64,000 bases of DNA from Gammaproteobacteria bacterium (GTDB lineage Bacteria > Pseudomonadota > Gammaproteobacteria > Xanthomonadales > SZUA-36): positions 2,171-66,170 of the forward strand of contig JAJRRA010000071.1 in the NCBI GenBank assembly GCA_024279945.1. Reading direction: 5' to 3'. Both the position numbers and the translations under genes were made by a program. Positions 28,348 to 36,812 of this stretch are shown in pieces. Each line of letters opens with the position of its first letter. Within the stretch, counting starts at the first letter, position 1. Under the pieces are notes generated by a model. The model was given only the letters and a program-made list of their open reading frames with translations, was not told the origin of the DNA and did not search any database.

Positions 28348-30165
28348 ATGTTGAACGCACTTGAAACAGAAAACTCACCCTTCAGTGAGCAGCAAATCGT
28401 TCAGTTACGGCAAAGTCTGGGGCAGATCAGCCCGGCACAATCCCTGTGGCTGAGTGGTTACCTGGCCGGGCGTCTGTCAGACCGATCCCAGGCAGAGTTG
28501 CCTGCACAGCCCACATTGGCGAAGCAGGGTGCATTGAACGTGTTTTATGCCTCGCAGACCGGTAACGGCGAGGGCCTTGCCGAAGCGTTTGTGGTGCAGG
28601 CGGAACAAGCGGGCCTGGCGGTTAAATCACGGCCCTTGAATGAACTCAAACCGGCTGTACTGAAGAATTTGGCTCACGCAGTCTTCATCATCAGCACGCA
28701 TGGAGACGGTGATCCACCTGATGATGCCCTGGATTTATTTGAATACCTGGAAAGTGCGCGCGTGCTGGAACTGAACTCGCTGCGTTTTCGCGTGCTTGCG
28801 CTGGGTGACCGCAGCTACAGGCAGTTTTGTGAGGCCGGGCGCAAGCTGGAAGAGTTATTACTGGCCCGGGGTGCACAGGCATTCGCCCGGCGCGTGGATT
28901 GCGATGTGGATTACCGTAGCCCGGCAGAGTTGTGGACAACGGAAGTGATTGAATACGGGCGCAAGCAATTGTTAGTGGAAGAGAATGCACGGGTGCCGGC
29001 GCCAATGACTGCAGCGATGCCGCAGCTCAGCGTGGTTCCCAGCACCAGGGTGTGGAACCGGACACGCCCGTACCCGGCGACGGTAGAGCGTGTGCAAAAG
29101 ATCACCGGGTTGAAATCTACCAAGGACGTATACCACCTGGAACTGTCCCTGCAGGATTCGGGTCTGCGTTATGAACCTGGTGACTCCCTCGGTGTATGGG
29201 CTTTCAACGATCCGGAACTGGTCGCCGATGTATTGACGGCCCTGGCGATAGATCCTGCGATGAAAGTTGAGGTGGACGGCAAGATCCATAGCATTCGGGA
29301 TCTGCTTACCCATCACCGGGAATTGACCAGGCTGAGCGTGGATACCGTAGATGCCTACGCCGGTCGGATCGAGGATCAGATATTGAAGAAGTTTCTGGAC
29401 TCGCTTGACCAGGAACAGTACAGGAACTTTATTGAGCAACGTCAGTTCATCGATCTGGCCAGGGAGCACCCCGTGCGTATGTCGGCGCAGACGCTGGCGC
29501 AATTGTTACGACCTTTGACACCCCGGTCGTATTCTGTTGCCTCCAGCCAGGCGAGCGTGGGCGAGGAAGTCCATCTCACAGTTGCGACACGTTTCAGCAA
29601 CGCCATTGGGCTGCAGCGGCGGGGTGTGGCCAGTTCCTGCCTCAACTACCGCCTGCAAGCGGGTGATGAGATTGCCGTGTTTGTGGAGCCGAACCACCGC
29701 TTCCGCTTGCCACAGGACCGCTCAACGCCGTTGATCCTGATCGGTGCCGGCACCGGAATTGCACCCTACCGGGCATTTCTGCAGCAACTCGAAGCGGAAG
29801 GCTCAAACCCGCAAACCTGGCTGATATTCGGTAACCCGCATTTACGCACTGATTTTCTCTACCAGAGTGAATGGTTGCGCTGGCGCAAGATGGGGTTGAT
29901 TGCACGGATTGACGGTGCTTTCTCCCGTGATCGGGCTGAAAAACGTTATGTACAGCATGTAGTCCGGGATCAGGCGCCGGAAATAGACAAGTGGCTGAGT
30001 AAAGGCGCGCAAATCTATCTCTGCGGCAGCCAGGCCATGGGATGCGAGGTCGAACGGGCCCTGCAGCATGGAATTGCTCTCAATCGAGGTCTGGAAGATG
30101 TTGCTGCAGCCGAAGTGATCGCCGGTCTGAGGCGCGAGCGCCGCTTGCTGAAGGATTTGTACTGA
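28348..30165 (+). CDS. cysJ: sulfite reductase [NADPH] flavoprotein alpha subunit
   Basis: 605-aa ORF. Flavodoxin-like FMN domain (YASQTGNGE), FAD motif RSYSVAS and NADPH motif GAGTGIAPYRAF. Ends ...LKDLY. Confidence 0.9.
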   Translation: MLNALETENSPFSEQQIVQLRQSLGQISPAQSLWLSGYLAGRLSDRSQAELPAQPTLAKQGALNVFYASQTGNGEGLAEAFVVQAEQAGLAVKSRPLNELKPAVLKNLAHAVFIISTHGDGDPPDDALDLFEYLESARVLELNSLRFRVLALGDRSYRQFCEAGRKLEELLLARGAQAFARRVDCDVDYRSPAELWTTEVIEYGRKQLLVEENARVPAPMTAAMPQLSVVPSTRVWNRTRPYPATVERVQKITGLKSTKDVYHLELSLQDSGLRYEPGDSLGVWAFNDPELVADVLTALAIDPAMKVEVDGKIHSIRDLLTHHRELTRLSVDTVDAYAGRIEDQILKKFLDSLDQEQYRNFIEQRQFIDLAREHPVRMSAQTLAQLLRPLTPRSYSVASSQASVGEEVHLTVATRFSNAIGLQRRGVASSCLNYRLQAGDEIAVFVEPNHRFRLPQDRSTPLILIGAGTGIAPYRAFLQQLEAEGSNPQTWLIFGNPHLRTDFLYQSEWLRWRKMGLIARIDGAFSRDRAEKRYVQHVVRDQAPEIDKWLSKGAQIYLCGSQAMGCEVERALQHGIALNRGLEDVAAAEVIAGLRRERRLLKDLY

Positions 30166-31865
30166 TGAGTACGACCATCTCAAAATTGTCTGAGCTTGAA
30201 AGTATCAAGGTCAACAGCAATTTCCTGCGCGGGACCATTGTGGAGAGCCTGCAGGACAGCGCCAGCGCAGCGCTGGCCAAGGATGACGCACAGATCGTCA
30301 AGTTTCATGGGTTTTACGAGTATGACGACCGCGACACACGCGAAGAGCGGCGCCGGCAACTGCTCGAGCCCGATTATCAATTTATGATTCGCGCGCGGGT
30401 GCCGGGCGGCGTATGCACGCCACAGCAGTGGCTGGCACTGGATGACATCGCCCGGAAATGGGCCAACGGCACCATCCGTCTCACTACCCGCCAGGCCTTT
30501 CAGTTTCACGGTATTCTCAAGCATGAGCTGAAGGCGAGCATCCGGGCGATCAACGACTCGTTACTGGACACAATCGCCGCCTGTGGAGATGTCAATCGAA
30601 ACGTGATGTGCACACCGCTGCCGGAGGCGTCGGATATTCACCGGCAGGTGTTTGCCGCAGCACGATCTCTGAGTGATCACCTGACACCGCATACCACCGC
30701 CTACCATGAGATTTGGTTGGTCGATGAGGAAGGACGCAATAAGGTGGCTGCTACACCGGACCGGGAGCCGATTTACGGCCCCGACTATCTACCGCGCAAG
30801 TTCAAGATCGCTTTCGCTATTCCGCCGCGAAACGACGTGGACGTATTTGCCCATGACCTGGGTTTTATCGCCATTGCCGGTACAGACGGCCTGGCGGGTT
30901 TCAATGTAACGGTGGGCGGTGGAATGGGCGCCACGCACGGTGACCCGGCTACCTATCCCCGTTTGGCTGAACTGCTGGGATTTTGTGCTCCGGACCAGGT
31001 GGAGGAAGTGGCCGAGGCCATCGTAAGCATTCAACGGGACTACGGTGACCGCAGCAATCGTACGCATGCCCGCTTGAAGTACCCCCTCGATGACCACAGC
31101 CTCGAGTGGTTGCACGCTCAAATGGAACAACGTTTGGGCTACCGTTTACCAGCGGACAGGCCATTTGAGTTTAGCCACAACGGTGACCGCTACGGCTGGC
31201 AGCAGACTACGGATGGCCTGTGGCACCTCGGCCTGTTCCTGGAGAACGGGCGGATTGCGGATGTCGGCGGGGCGAGGCAATTAAGCGGTTTGCGGGCAAT
31301 TGCTGAAGTGCACAAGGGCGAATTCCGCCTGACGCCCAACCAGAATGTCATTGTGTCCTGTGTGGATGCTCCGGACCGGGCTCATATTGATCACCTGGTG
31401 CAGGCGCATGGTCTGGATAGCTACCTGCATTCCAGTCCCCTGAGGCTGCATTCAATGGCCTGTGTGGGGTTTCCGAGCTGCGGTTCCTCCATGGCCGAAA
31501 GCGAACGCTATCTGCCCGAGTTCATCAGCCGGATCGAAGCCTTGCTGCTTGAGCACGACCTCAAAGACCAGGCCATAACGATTCGTATGACCGGTTGCCC
31601 CAATGGCTGCGCGCGACCCGGCCTTGCGGAAATCGGCATTGTTGGGAAAGGCCCGGGTTTGTACCAGCTTTATCTGGGCGCTGCTTTCAACGGTACGCGC
31701 CTTAACCGGAAGGTCCGGGAAAGCGTACACGAAGATGAAATTCTGGTTTTACTGGGGGAGTTGTTCACGGATTTTCGCAGCATGGCGAAACCGGATGAAA
31801 CATTTGGTAATTTCGTTTTACATAGTGGCATCCTGCAGGACGGGGTGGAAGAGGCCGTGATATGA
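30165..31865 (+). CDS. cysI: sulfite reductase hemoprotein beta subunit
   Basis: ATG 30165 overlaps the cysJ stop (TGATG) and gives MSTTISKLSELESIKVNSNFLRGTI.... Siroheme/4Fe-4S Cys motifs CVGFPSCGSS and TGCPNGCARP. Confidence 0.9.
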   Translation: MSTTISKLSELESIKVNSNFLRGTIVESLQDSASAALAKDDAQIVKFHGFYEYDDRDTREERRRQLLEPDYQFMIRARVPGGVCTPQQWLALDDIARKWANGTIRLTTRQAFQFHGILKHELKASIRAINDSLLDTIAACGDVNRNVMCTPLPEASDIHRQVFAAARSLSDHLTPHTTAYHEIWLVDEEGRNKVAATPDREPIYGPDYLPRKFKIAFAIPPRNDVDVFAHDLGFIAIAGTDGLAGFNVTVGGGMGATHGDPATYPRLAELLGFCAPDQVEEVAEAIVSIQRDYGDRSNRTHARLKYPLDDHSLEWLHAQMEQRLGYRLPADRPFEFSHNGDRYGWQQTTDGLWHLGLFLENGRIADVGGARQLSGLRAIAEVHKGEFRLTPNQNVIVSCVDAPDRAHIDHLVQAHGLDSYLHSSPLRLHSMACVGFPSCGSSMAESERYLPEFISRIEALLLEHDLKDQAITIRMTGCPNGCARPGLAEIGIVGKGPGLYQLYLGAAFNGTRLNRKVRESVHEDEILVLLGELFTDFRSMAKPDETFGNFVLHSGILQDGVEEAVI

Positions 31866-32617
31866 GCAACGCAGAACTGAATCTGTGCATTCCCAAGCCA
31901 GGCCAGGCATGGAATTCGTCCCAACTGGCGGCGGTCAATCCCTGTCTCGAGCGCATGAGCGCGGTGGAACGTGTGCAGTGGTCACTGGACTACCTGCCGC
32001 AGCAGCACATACTCAGCTCGAGTTTCGGGGCACAGTCCGCAGTGATGCTACACCTGTTGAGCCGTTTTGAACGCAGGATTCCCGTGATCGTGATCGACAC
32101 CGGATACCTGTTTCCGGAAACCTATCAATTCATCGATCAGATGGTTGAACGACTGAATGTTGATCTGAGGGTGTATCGGCCGCTTATCAGCCCCGTGTGG
32201 CAGGAGAATCGCTTTGGCAAGCTGTGGGAGGCAGGCGTGGAGGGTATTCGCCGCTACAACCGGATGAACAAGGTTGAGCCCATGAGCCGGGCGTTGAAGG
32301 AACTGGATGTGGGCACGTGGTTCAGCGGCCTGCGGCGCAGCCAGTCAGATTCGCGTCGCCGGATCAGTGTATTGCAACACCAAGGCCGGGCCGTGAAAGT
32401 TCATCCCATCGCTGACTGGAGCAACCGTGATGTGCACCGTTATCTCAAGCAACATGATCTGCCGTACCACCCCTTGTGGGAGCAAGGTTATGTTTCGATC
32501 GGTGATGTCCATACCAGTCAGCCTCTCGGTGCAAAAATGGAAGAACAGGACACCCGTTTTTTCGGCCTGATGAGGGAATGCGGCCTGCACGAAGTGGAAA
32601 ACTTTCAGGAAGTGTAG
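31862..32617 (+). CDS. cysH: phosphoadenosine phosphosulfate (PAPS)-type sulfate-assimilation reductase
   Basis: 251-aa ORF with ATGA overlap with cysI. C-terminal ECGLHE motif. No CC...CxxC iron-sulfur motif, so it is PAPS-reductase-like rather than APS-reductase-like. Confidence 0.85.
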   Translation: MSNAELNLCIPKPGQAWNSSQLAAVNPCLERMSAVERVQWSLDYLPQQHILSSSFGAQSAVMLHLLSRFERRIPVIVIDTGYLFPETYQFIDQMVERLNVDLRVYRPLISPVWQENRFGKLWEAGVEGIRRYNRMNKVEPMSRALKELDVGTWFSGLRRSQSDSRRRISVLQHQGRAVKVHPIADWSNRDVHRYLKQHDLPYHPLWEQGYVSIGDVHTSQPLGAKMEEQDTRFFGLMRECGLHEVENFQEV

Positions 32618-32621
32618 CGTT

Positions 32622-33632
32622 TCAGATTCCTGAGGGGTGTATACCTGCATGGCCGTTCAGTCCATGAGGTGAACGATAGGGAGCGATGGTATGGTTATCC
32701 ACTGCATCCCCGACAGTAGAGATCACCCGGTCAATCTGTTCGCGGTCGATACCCGGCACCATCAGTTGCAGGAAGCTGTACATGTAATTGCGCAGGAAGC
32801 GGTCGCGGCGGAAGCCGATCCAGGTCGTGCAACTCGGGATCAGGTGGGCTGCGTTGATCGCCACCAGCCCGGCATCCTGGATGGGGTCGTACGCCATGCA
32901 GGCAACGATTCCAATGCCCATGCCCTTGCGCACATAGGTCTTGATCACATCCGGATCTTCAGCGGTGAACACGACATTCGGTTCAATTCCAGCGTCCCTG
33001 AACGCGTTGGCCTGGTCTGAATCTGAATCAAAACTGTGGGTGTAGCTGATGATGGGGTACCGCGCGAGGTCTTTGAGGCTGACATCCTTTTGCCGGGCCA
33101 GGGGATGATCCGGCAGAACCAGAATGGTTCTTTCCCAGTGATAAATGGGAAAAGTCACCAGGTCCTCAAACAGTTCGCTCTGACCGGAGGCGATGGCGAA
33201 ATCGGCTTCCTGGTCCTGCACCTGGTGTGCGATGCGGTCGGAAGTGCCCTGGTGCAGGCTGATCGAGATACCCGGGAATTCGCGGTGGAATCCGGCCAGC
33301 AAATCCGGCAGCACGTAGCGTGCCTGGGTATGTGTGGTGGCAACCACCAGTTTACCCCGCTTCTGACCCGCCAACTCATGCGACATGGATTTGATGTTAT
33401 CGACTTCGGTCAGGATCTTTCGCGCCTTTTCAATAACTTCTCTACCGGCTTCGGTGAGGCCGGAAAGGCTTTTTCCTTTTCGTACAAACAGTTGCAGGGA
33501 TAATTCATCCTCCAGCATCTTCACCTGTTTGCTTACGCCGGGTTGAGAAGTGAATAAGGCCTGGGATGCCGCCGTGATATTCAGACCGTTGTCCACGATG
33601 GCAACGAGGTAACGCAGTTGTTGCAATTTCAT
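32622..33632 (-). CDS. cysB: LysR-family regulator of the CysB/Cbl family
   Basis: 336-aa ORF. MKLQQLRYLVAIVDNGLNITAASQALFTSQPGVSKQVKMLEDEL and TTHTQARYVLP, DVIKTYVR, IGFRRDRFLRNYMYSF read nearly collinear with E. coli CysB. AAGAGG Shine-Dalgarno upstream. Confidence 0.8.
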   Translation of the reverse strand: MKLQQLRYLVAIVDNGLNITAASQALFTSQPGVSKQVKMLEDELSLQLFVRKGKSLSGLTEAGREVIEKARKILTEVDNIKSMSHELAGQKRGKLVVATTHTQARYVLPDLLAGFHREFPGISISLHQGTSDRIAHQVQDQEADFAIASGQSELFEDLVTFPIYHWERTILVLPDHPLARQKDVSLKDLARYPIISYTHSFDSDSDQANAFRDAGIEPNVVFTAEDPDVIKTYVRKGMGIGIVACMAYDPIQDAGLVAINAAHLIPSCTTWIGFRRDRFLRNYMYSFLQLMVPGIDREQIDRVISTVGDAVDNHTIAPYRSPHGLNGHAGIHPSGI

Positions 33633-33686
33633 TTTCTCTGCCTCTTGTTTGTTTGGCTGTTTTTCCTCAGCTAAAATATCCAGACC

Positions 33687-33714
33687 AAAAAAAACCGCCG
33701 GTAGGCGGTGGTTT
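33687..33714 (-). terminator. rho-independent terminator about 55 nt upstream of the cysB-family start codon, same strand
   Basis: Minus strand reads AAACC-ACCGCC-UACC-GGCGGU-UUUUUUU: 6-bp GC-rich stem, tetraloop, run of 8 U. Confidence 0.7.
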
Positions 33715-33740
33715 CATCAAAATACGGTAAAAAAATCAGG

Positions 33741-33800
33741 ACTACACCACGCGCCTCCGGGTTTGCGGACAGTTACAACATTTGCACATGTTGGTGTAGT
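33741..33800 (-). promoter_or_regulatory. alternative-pairing segments 1 and 2 of a candidate attenuator
   Basis: ACUACACCA (33800-33792) and UGGUGUAGU (33749-33741) form a perfect 9-bp pairing. GGCGCGUGGU (33755-33746) can instead pair with ACCACCGCC (33712-33704, the terminator left arm) with one bulged C. Confidence 0.5.
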
Positions 33801-33807
33801 GGTTCAT
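33742..33807 (-). CDS. candidate leader peptide MNHYTNMCKCCNCPQTRRRVV (4 Cys in 6 consecutive codons)
   Basis: ATG AAC CAC TAC ACC AAC ATG TGC AAA TGT TGT AAC TGT CCG CAA ACC CGG AGG CGC GTG GTG TAG, read on the minus strand. The stop codon lies inside pairing segment 2. Only a weak Shine-Dalgarno (AAAGA). A second in-frame ATG lies directly before the Cys run. Confidence 0.45.
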   Translation of the reverse strand: MNHYTNMCKCCNCPQTRRRVV

Positions 33808-34089
33808 CGCGTATCTTTGTTTATCTGAGTTGCCAGCATAGTATTGTAACCGAGCCGAATCAAGCACTAATTCTTCGCCGGGCGATATAACGCTGCGGTA
33901 TAAAGGCAGAAAGAATCCGTATTTCCGCAGTTCGGGCGTGGCTATTATGATTAACCCGCATATCGCACCCACATCACAGTGGGGTTCAATATTGGACAGG
34001 TAGACACGCCGGGGAGTAACCTCAATGGGCTCAACCCAAAACAGATATCAACAGGCTCCAGGGAAAACGGGCCTCAATAAGGAAACGAC

Positions 34090-35055
34090 ATGATTTTCAA
34101 CAATATTCTCGAGACCATTGGAAAAACACCCGTTATTAAAATCAACAAGCTGGCGCCGGAAGGTATCGACATCTATGTCAAGGCGGAAGCATTCAACCCG
34201 ATGAGTTCGGTCAAGGACCGTCTGGCTCTGGGGATTATTCTCGATGCAGAAAAAAGAGGCGTCCTGAAGCCGGGGCAGACCGTAATCGAGGCCACTTCGG
34301 GCAATACCGGGATCGCGCTGGCTATGGTATGCGCCGTACGTGGCTATCCTTTCGTGTCCGTCATGGCAGAGTCGTTCTCTGTTGAGCGGCGCCGGCTGAT
34401 GCGTTTCATGGGTGCCACGCTGGTTTTGACGCCGGCGGCTGAGCGTGCTTCAGGCATGGTCAGGGCCGCTGAAGCCCTGGCCGAAAAGCATGGCTGGTTC
34501 CTGACGCAGCAGTTCGAGAATGAAGCTAACCCTGCCTTCCATCGCAATACCACCGGGCCTGAAATACTCAGCGATTTCGCTGATCGAAAACTGGATTACT
34601 ACGTCAGCGGTTATGGAACCGGTGGAACGATTACCGGCACGGGGCAAATGATCAAGCTGGCGCGCCCGGATGTAAAAATCATTTCGACCGAGCCGGCGAT
34701 CGCCGCCCTGCTGGAAGGTGATGATTGGCAACCGCATAAAATCCAGGGCTGGACACCTGATTTCATCCCCGAAGTCCTGGATCGCAGCGTGGTGGACGAA
34801 AATATTCCGGTGACCGATGAGGAGGCGATTGAAGCCTCGCAGGCGCTGGCGCAGAAAGAGGGAATTTTCTGTGGAATTTCTTCGGGTGGCACGTTCGCTG
34901 CAGCAGTCAAGGTAGCGGAAAAGGCTGAGCGCGGGTCAGTGGTTCTGGCCATGTTGCCGGATACCGGAGAGCGCTACCTGTCTACTCCCCTGTTTGAGAA
35001 TATCGCGGACGGTCCGGATGAAGGACAGGATTTGCTGGAAGGCCTGGAGTACTGA
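34090..35055 (+). CDS. cysK: cysteine synthase A (O-acetylserine sulfhydrylase)
   Basis: 321-aa ORF. PLP-lysine motif NPMSSVKDR, plus TSGNTGIALA and GTGGTITG motifs. Confidence 0.9.
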   Translation: MIFNNILETIGKTPVIKINKLAPEGIDIYVKAEAFNPMSSVKDRLALGIILDAEKRGVLKPGQTVIEATSGNTGIALAMVCAVRGYPFVSVMAESFSVERRRLMRFMGATLVLTPAAERASGMVRAAEALAEKHGWFLTQQFENEANPAFHRNTTGPEILSDFADRKLDYYVSGYGTGGTITGTGQMIKLARPDVKIISTEPAIAALLEGDDWQPHKIQGWTPDFIPEVLDRSVVDENIPVTDEEAIEASQALAQKEGIFCGISSGGTFAAAVKVAEKAERGSVVLAMLPDTGERYLSTPLFENIADGPDEGQDLLEGLEY

Positions 35056-35082
35056 CAGACCAATACAGGACGCTACCCTGGA

Positions 35083-35985
35083 TCAGGGTTTCAGCAGATC
35101 TGGCGGCAGGTCTCTGAAACAAGCGGCCAGTTCGCACAGAAAATCTGACAGTGCTGAGCTATTTCGCCAGACCATTGCAATGGTGCGGCTGGGCGCCGGA
35201 CTGGCAAAGCGTCTGGTGGTCAGGTTGCTGGTCTGTGCAATGGGCGGCTTTACCGACAACAGGGGCATCAGTGTTATACCGACGTTAGCAGCCACCATCT
35301 GGCGCAGGGTTTCCATGCTGGTGGCGTGGAAGTCCACTCGCTCATGGGCGCCCGCCAGGGCGCATACTTCCAGAGCGTGCTCCCGCAGACAGTGGCCATC
35401 ATCCAGTAGCAACAGTTCACTGCCATTGAGGTCATCAAGGGTGATCCGGTCTTTTGCCCCCAGCGGGTGCGTATCCGGCACGGCCAGCACGAAGGGTTCT
35501 TCGAACAGAATTTCCATATCCAGGCCATCATCATTAATCGGCAAGGCCAGTAGGGCGGCGTCGAGTTCACCCTGTTGCAACATTTTGAGGATGTCTTCGG
35601 TCTTTTCTTCTGCCAGTTGTAATTTCAGGTTGGGATATCGCTTGCGAATCGTTGGAATGACATGCGGGAGAAGATAAGGAGCCAAAGTAGGAAACAACCC
35701 CAGTCGCAGGTTTCCATCCGCCGGATCTCCTGCGCGTCTGGCGACGGCGCGTATCTGGTCAACATCGCTGAGGACCAGGCGGGCGCGCTCCGCGATCTCC
35801 TGACCTACCGGCGTCAGCATGATTTTCCTCGGTGAGCGCTCGACCAGTTGCACGCCCAACTCGTCTTCCAGCTTCCTGATCTGCGTGCTGAGCGTCGGCT
35901 GACTGACAAAACAGGCTTCGGCCGCCTTACTGAAATGCCTGAGGTCGGAAAGTTTTACAAAGTATTGGAATGCTCTGAGATTCAT
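35083..35985 (-). CDS. oxyR: hydrogen-peroxide-sensing LysR-family regulator OxyR
   Basis: I prefer ATG 35985 (MNLRAFQYFVKLSDLRHFSKAAEACFVSQPTLSTQIRKLEDELGV), 300 aa. Redox Cys pair context LLLLDDGHCLREHALEVC matches E. coli MLMLEDGHCLRDQAMGFC. Confidence 0.85.
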   Translation of the reverse strand: MNLRAFQYFVKLSDLRHFSKAAEACFVSQPTLSTQIRKLEDELGVQLVERSPRKIMLTPVGQEIAERARLVLSDVDQIRAVARRAGDPADGNLRLGLFPTLAPYLLPHVIPTIRKRYPNLKLQLAEEKTEDILKMLQQGELDAALLALPINDDGLDMEILFEEPFVLAVPDTHPLGAKDRITLDDLNGSELLLLDDGHCLREHALEVCALAGAHERVDFHATSMETLRQMVAANVGITLMPLLSVKPPIAQTSNLTTRRFASPAPSRTIAMVWRNSSALSDFLCELAACFRDLPPDLLKP

Positions 35986-36041
35986 AGTGTCCATTATATA
36001 GATTGATTCAATTCTTTGAGGCTTTTTAATTGAAAATACCA

Positions 36042-36728
36042 ATGAATAATACTACGGGGCTACACATTTTTCCCGCCGCTGCCGGGCTACTGGTCAAAAT
36101 CCTGACTCTGGTTATCCTGCTGCTTGCACCAATATTTTTGCAGGCACATGAAGTTACTTTCCCGGACATGGAAACACTGAATCGCTTACGTCTCGGGGAG
36201 ATTGTGACTGCACCGGTACGAGTTGACGAAGAAGGGGTTGCGATCAAAGCAAGCCTGATGATTAGGGCGCCAGTGGAGGATATTTGGGCAACCGTGTATT
36301 CCTGTGAGTACGCTTTTATATTTCTGGACGGGCTGGAAGTTTGTGAGGTTCCTGAAGATGACGGTGTGGACACCGTGACACATCAAATCATAAATGAGGG
36401 CTGGCCCGTGGGCCGGCAGGAGTATACATTCTGGACGCATCGCGCGCCATATACCCGAGCCGATATTCGAATGGTTGAAGGCAAAATGAAATTCATGCAT
36501 GCCGGTTGGGACTATATCAAGTTGCCGGATTCGGTCGTTGTTACCTACACGGTTCGGCTCAAGCCCAATTTCCCGATACCACAATTCCTGCTGCGACACT
36601 CCTTGAAAAGTGGCATGATCGAGCTACTGGCTTGCGTGCGGGGACTGGTTGGCGGGTCAGGGAATGTTGGACAGGAAGAGGAAGATCTGGGTCGCTGCCC
36701 CGGCGACATCGAACGGGTCGCCAGATAA
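36042..36728 (+). CDS. exported or membrane-anchored SRPBCC (START/Bet v1-like) superfamily protein
   Basis: Track start 36030 is TTG. ATG 36042 gives MNNTTGLHIFPAAAGLLVKILTLVILLLAPIFLQA. APVEDIWATVYSCEYAFIFLDGLEVCEV and the C-terminal pattern resemble polyketide-cyclase/SRPBCC folds. Weak call. Confidence 0.45.
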   Translation: MNNTTGLHIFPAAAGLLVKILTLVILLLAPIFLQAHEVTFPDMETLNRLRLGEIVTAPVRVDEEGVAIKASLMIRAPVEDIWATVYSCEYAFIFLDGLEVCEVPEDDGVDTVTHQIINEGWPVGRQEYTFWTHRAPYTRADIRMVEGKMKFMHAGWDYIKLPDSVVVTYTVRLKPNFPIPQFLLRHSLKSGMIELLACVRGLVGGSGNVGQEEEDLGRCPGDIERVAR

Positions 36729-36812
36729 TTTTTAACAGAATAAATTCGCTCGGAATTAACCACCGGTTTCCCGTAAAATATTGCATCCAATTTAAGTTTC
36801 GGATCTTTGATT

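Noticed and set aside
33742-33972. 76-aa minus-strand ORF (MGAICGLIII...MCKCCNCPQTRRRVV) as a genuine protein gene
   Set aside because: Only the last 21 codons coincide with the hairpin and terminator architecture. The upstream 55 codons have no recognisable family, no Shine-Dalgarno, and would start upstream of the only plausible -10 element. I favour the short leader ORF. The plus-strand 60-aa ORF 33708..33890 is its mirror image and is also rejected.
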